Positions 56,868-60,449 of a stretch of DNA of 60,449 bases are shown here, piece by piece. Under the pieces are notes generated by a model. It searched no databases. It was given only the letters and a program-made list of their open reading frames with translations, and had not been told where the DNA came from. Made by a program: the position numbers and the translations under genes. This DNA is from Bacteriovoracia bacterium (lineage in GTDB: Bacteria > Bdellovibrionota > Bacteriovoracia > Bacteriovoracales > Bacteriovoracaceae), in the NCBI GenBank assembly GCA_046570105.1, contig JBKHVI010000011.1, forward strand, positions 1 through 60,449. The letters are read 5' to 3'. The stretch's first letter is position 1, and each line of letters starts with the position of its first letter.

Positions 56868-57752
56868 TTATATTGGTGTTAATTCTGGGGGCAGTAACTT
56901 CTGATTATAAAACCACGCAAAAATCTCTAGGTGATCTTTGAGCCTATCAACACGCTTTGTGGTATTCCAAGTCTTTCGTATGAGACGACTCACATTCGCG
57001 CGCAACATTGCACAGGAATGATTCACCGTGAAGATCGGGTCAAAGCCTCCTTTCTTGAGTTCGCCCTGCCCCGCCACTCGTGCTCGCTCGCTTCTATAAG
57101 TTAAATGTTCTGCATGAGGCAGATGCTTTTTGATAACAGCACCGTAGCGTTGGTGCTCATCACTCTTAATCCTCGCGCGCGGATGCACCAATGGAGCAAG
57201 TTCACTGAACACACGCTCAAGTGCAGCCGGATGCTCGTCTGCACGTTTGCCATATTTTTGAACTGCCAACTTCGCGAGATGACCAAAGGCAGGTATTCGA
57301 GCGACTTCTAAAGCTAAAATTCGTCTTGAATCACTTTCTACCAGCAAGGTAACTGCCAATGGCTTGAGCTTCGAGTTTTCCTTCGTAATCAAATCATCCA
57401 GCTGCAATTCCTTGATCGTTCCTCGCCTTCTTTCGCAGTAACGCCGATTAAGACGCCGATACTTCTGCCCCAAAAAAGCCAGCTTACGCTCTACCGTTTT
57501 GCGATTAACGCCCAAGATCCACGAGCTTCTCCTCATCGATACATTCGACGAAAGCAGCTTCGCTAACGGCGCGTTAATTCGACGTTTTTTCTGTCGATAA
57601 GTTACCGTATGAGTTGCAGTGGAGAAGCGCGCCCCACAAGCACGGCAGCGCAGTCTTTGAATCAGTTTGCTGTCTTCCTGGCGTTTAAAATATCCGTCGC
57701 GAATGATTTTTCCAGGGCAGCCGACTTGATGATTTGGACAAAGGTGTTTCAT
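56868..57752 (-). CDS. IS1/IS1595-like transposase (Zn ribbon, HTH, DDE-like core)
   Basis: CPNHQVGC...QRLRCRACGARFS; SMRRSSWILGVNRKTVERK HTH; LQLDD and IKSDE acidic motifs. Confidence 0.75.
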   Translation of the reverse strand: MKHLCPNHQVGCPGKIIRDGYFKRQEDSKLIQRLRCRACGARFSTATHTVTYRQKKRRINAPLAKLLSSNVSMRRSSWILGVNRKTVERKLAFLGQKYRRLNRRYCERRRGTIKELQLDDLITKENSKLKPLAVTLLVESDSRRILALEVARIPAFGHLAKLAVQKYGKRADEHPAALERVFSELAPLVHPRARIKSDEHQRYGAVIKKHLPHAEHLTYRSERARVAGQGELKKGGFDPIFTVNHSCAMLRANVSRLIRKTWNTTKRVDRLKDHLEIFAWFYNQKLLPPELTPI

Positions 57753-57853
57753 GCCCTATTAATTGCAAGAACATGTGCAAAAATCAGAAGACTAAATTCA
57801 TGAAATTAAACAACCTCAACCGAGGCATCGAGAGATTTTTTCCACTCGTGATG

Positions 57854-57939
57854 GAAAAAATCTCCAACCATAACACCACTCAAGTAAGGCAGTTTTGAAA
57901 AAATCTCCAACCATAACACCACTCAAGTAAGGCAGTTTT
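57854..57939. repeat. Exact 43-bp tandem duplication
   Basis: GAAAAAATCTCCAACCATAACACCACTCAAGTAAGGCAGTTTT at 57854-57896 and 57897-57939. Confidence 0.97.
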
Positions 57940-58843
57940 AAAGCTGATAGATTAAACCAATACTCCACAACATCGAACCATCCACCATCGCTGCAGTCGT
58001 TGTGAGGTTCATAGTCGGAGTCATCCGCCATCGGCCATCAACCGAGAAACCAAATGGGATAACCCTTCTTGATTCAACAGTGACTCCAGCAGGTTCCGTA
58101 TAATCGACCGTACGAAGTAGAACCGGGACACCTAATCCAATTCCTGCCTCACCCTCGGCCATAAGTTTCCAATAGGTCGGCTTAACATAGAGACCTTTGC
58201 TTGAGACATCCTGCTGGAAATAGCGAGCCGGATTTTTTGCTCCGACGTTTCCACTCGAAGCATAGGCACAGGCATCGAGCGCCCATTCGTATTCCGTATT
58301 GCCGTAAGCAAACTGACCGCCGAAGCAAAGTCCACGCTGAGGTGAAGTGATATTTTCTTCTCCGCCAGCATCTTTCAGTAATGCCAGCTCTTGGTAACTG
58401 ATATATTGCACCATCAAGCGCCAATAGCTATGTGTGATCGCTTTCATACGTTCGATACGAACAGTCTCCATCTTCGCCAAACGATCTTCCACTTTATCGA
58501 TATTGTATTCGTAGGGTTCAATCGCTTTTAAGTAAAAGCGGGCCTTGCGAAAATTAGTGAGATCTTCGCGATTCTCTTCACCAGAGCTGTATTTGGTGTA
58601 GAGCTGAGCGTGGAGTATGCCGAGGAAATAGTATGACTTGAGCAAACGATTATTTACTCGCGGCATTTTCCCTTTTTTATTTTTAACCCACAAATTGATC
58701 GCACGCTGGTCACGCCCTAGCTTTTGTGATGTAAAGGATTCTAGCTGGCCAATTTTGCGTTCGATAACAATCTTGCGATTGACCTGAGCATTGATCATTT
58801 GCGGCCAAAGACATAGTGAGAGTAGTAAAATTCTTACAACCAT
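57938..58843 (-). CDS. Secreted protein: helical N-domain plus probable C-terminal beta-barrel
   Basis: Signal peptide from MVVRILLL; TPR-like YYFLGILH; amphipathic strands ending WSIGLIYQL. Confidence 0.7.
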   Translation of the reverse strand: MVVRILLLSLCLWPQMINAQVNRKIVIERKIGQLESFTSQKLGRDQRAINLWVKNKKGKMPRVNNRLLKSYYFLGILHAQLYTKYSSGEENREDLTNFRKARFYLKAIEPYEYNIDKVEDRLAKMETVRIERMKAITHSYWRLMVQYISYQELALLKDAGGEENITSPQRGLCFGGQFAYGNTEYEWALDACAYASSGNVGAKNPARYFQQDVSSKGLYVKPTYWKLMAEGEAGIGLGVPVLLRTVDYTEPAGVTVESRRVIPFGFSVDGRWRMTPTMNLTTTAAMVDGSMLWSIGLIYQL

Positions 58844-60447
58844 ACATGCACCTGCATAAGAACCTGCCACGCATCTTCGGGGGCCGCTGATTCGCTAAAT
58901 ATTCGACGATTCAATACATCTAAGCGCAGTTCTGTTTTCTGCCATGGAAACCACTGAAGGCCCGGGCCTACACCAAAACTTTCATCTTCAACAGTGGTAT
59001 CGCGCTGATAATAATCAAATGTTCCAGTCAGCCACATGCCACGCCACCACAATAGATGAGTTTGTAACAGTCCATAGCGTGAAGTGGTGCTGTCTCCATT
59101 TTCTGGTTGACGAGTGATCTGGCCCAACTCCGCCATGATAGAATGCCCTTTCCCAAAGCCCACTCGATCATGAATCGCCATCGCTGTTTGAGAATCAAGC
59201 GTGGTCGAGCTGTTCATATAAGAAATCCCTAAACGCTGACGCTCCGTCACTCCCCACTCTAAAAGTCCGGAGAAACCTTGATCACGCAGATCTTCATCTT
59301 GTTCGTTCAGATCCCCGACAAAATAATGGGCAGCGGCTTCAATCGTCTCACCCACACCATGAATCATGACACCGTGAACTTGATTGAACTGTGCTGTTTT
59401 AGTCGCTCGACGAGAGGATAAGTTGTGATCGGGAATTCTTAGCCCATAGACCTTGTCCATCTTTCCTGCGTACACACCTACCTTAGGTGTCGGGCGCCAA
59501 CCCACATAATGTTCACGCGAGTAACTCTTACTCTCCATTAAATTATTTTGATCCGTGATTTCTGTGGGACGAGTGCCTATGGTAAAGCTTGCGATGTATT
59601 GATCACGAGCACCACCTTTTAAAACTAAGTTGGCATCAAGCTGCATATTGATCCAACGCTTTTGTGAATTTCCGGTAAAAGCGTTGTTCTCAAGCCCTAA
59701 ACCTCGATAGCCCAGAAAAGGCCTAAGCCAAGAATTTTTTTGTGGATCAATTCCAGGAAAAGCGGAATTGGCCACCAAGTCTTCTTCGGAAACATCATCA
59801 GCCGAAAACAGCCTTCCCGCTACGCCAGTGGCCCCGACACCTCGACCATAATCATTGATGGGTCCATTACCCATAGGATTGTAGTGACAGGTTAAGCACG
59901 AGGTATATTGCAAACCTATATATTGCGGATACGCCTGGGCCGCTGTGGTTACCATTCCCCAGATCAAAAGAGTTTTGCCAATCAACTGCGCTATCTCTTC
60001 TAACTTTTTCAACATGTCGCCTTCACGCAAGCGAAACTCCTTATTTTTTCCGGCGAGAATTTCTTCTACGTGCCGCTCAAATGCTAATACCGGTCCCATC
60101 ATGCGATGAGAAAGCCAAACACCAATGATAAAGGCCACAGCCAGAAACAGCAGCGACAAACAGCCAAGTACGACCAGGTATTGTTCACCAAAAGTACTCG
60201 TCAGATCTCCGGGAAACGGTAGCAAGATTTGTTGAATAAAAGCATAACTGAAAAAACCTAGCATGCCACACATTCCGAGCATGATGGCGCAGAAGCGCAA
60301 ACTAAAACTCAGTTGCTCTTTTGGATAGTGCCAGATCTGGCGACGCTGCTCTCCCGGATACCAAATATCACTCTCTCGACGAAACACCCACCAGATCACT
60401 GTGAGAATTCCTACCCACAGAAAACTATCGGCCAGATTAAAAGCCAC
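58834..60447 (-). CDS. TM/HAMP domain fused to monoheme cytochrome c and outer-membrane beta-barrel (5' end probably beyond window)
   Basis: SHRMMGPV...LREGD HAMP-like; internal AQA|YPQY signal-like site; CLTCH; beta-barrel strands ending VHVWL. Confidence 0.7.
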   Translation of the reverse strand: MAFNLADSFLWVGILTVIWWVFRRESDIWYPGEQRRQIWHYPKEQLSFSLRFCAIMLGMCGMLGFFSYAFIQQILLPFPGDLTSTFGEQYLVVLGCLSLLFLAVAFIIGVWLSHRMMGPVLAFERHVEEILAGKNKEFRLREGDMLKKLEEIAQLIGKTLLIWGMVTTAAQAYPQYIGLQYTSCLTCHYNPMGNGPINDYGRGVGATGVAGRLFSADDVSEEDLVANSAFPGIDPQKNSWLRPFLGYRGLGLENNAFTGNSQKRWINMQLDANLVLKGGARDQYIASFTIGTRPTEITDQNNLMESKSYSREHYVGWRPTPKVGVYAGKMDKVYGLRIPDHNLSSRRATKTAQFNQVHGVMIHGVGETIEAAAHYFVGDLNEQDEDLRDQGFSGLLEWGVTERQRLGISYMNSSTTLDSQTAMAIHDRVGFGKGHSIMAELGQITRQPENGDSTTSRYGLLQTHLLWWRGMWLTGTFDYYQRDTTVEDESFGVGPGLQWFPWQKTELRLDVLNRRIFSESAAPEDAWQVLMQVHVWL

Positions 60448-60449
60448 CG

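Larger units (their letters stand above)
56858..57939 (-). mobile_element. IS1/IS1595-like insertion element with imperfect inverted ends
   Basis: AAACTGCC-N9-TGGTGTTA at the left end (56858-56882) and its inverted counterpart at the right end (57914-57938), enclosing the transposase-like gene; exact boundaries uncertain. Confidence 0.55.

Noticed and set aside
56850..56900. Integron attC site (TAAC after yceI plus hairpin)
   Set aside because: No matching GTTRRRY core, no cassette array and no integrase in the window
57854..57939. Possible mini-CRISPR array
   Set aside because: Two adjacent copies with no spacer and no cas genes in the window
57816..58031. 71-aa ORF spanning the 43-bp duplication
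   Set aside because: Overlaps the end of a real gene in another frame and runs through non-coding repeats
1..60449. tRNA, rRNA, prophage or recognised anti-phage systems
   Set aside because: None recognised by eye; intergenic gaps are short, though tRNAscan, Infernal and DefenseFinder were not run

Overview
A gene-dense bacterial chromosomal segment, most likely from a predatory Bdellovibrionota (Bacteriovorax/Peredibacter-like). This is inferred from the Agl/Glt gliding operon, a GLUG lipoprotein, many secreted hydrolases and degenerate HD-GYP signalling. Housekeeping and stress genes include osmC-like, hsp20, a split class I fumarase, amt, a di-heme peroxidase, queD, ung, ahpCF, msrA, nrdBA with tandem NrdR boxes, phoD-like, rlmN and tcdA. 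An 11 kb gliding-motility operon (38289-49135) is headed by a CglB-like VWA lipoprotein with a long Gly/Ser/Thr tether. An IS1/IS1595-like element (about 56858-57939) has unusual end structures. No rRNA, tRNA or CRISPR array was seen. The most notable non-standard signals are: (i) OxyR-type boxes before ahpC, a novel secreted 6-repeat protein and an unannotated 41-aa secreted peptide; (ii) widespread leaderless-type gene starts, with a -10 box 5-8 nt before the start codon; (iii) the IS-like element with bipartite inverted ends, hairpins and an exact 43-bp tandem duplication; (iv) an attenuator-like RNA switch between hsp20 and osmC; (v) a HAMP/cytochrome c/beta-barrel in-frame fusion. All family assignments come from motif recognition by eye; no database searches were run.
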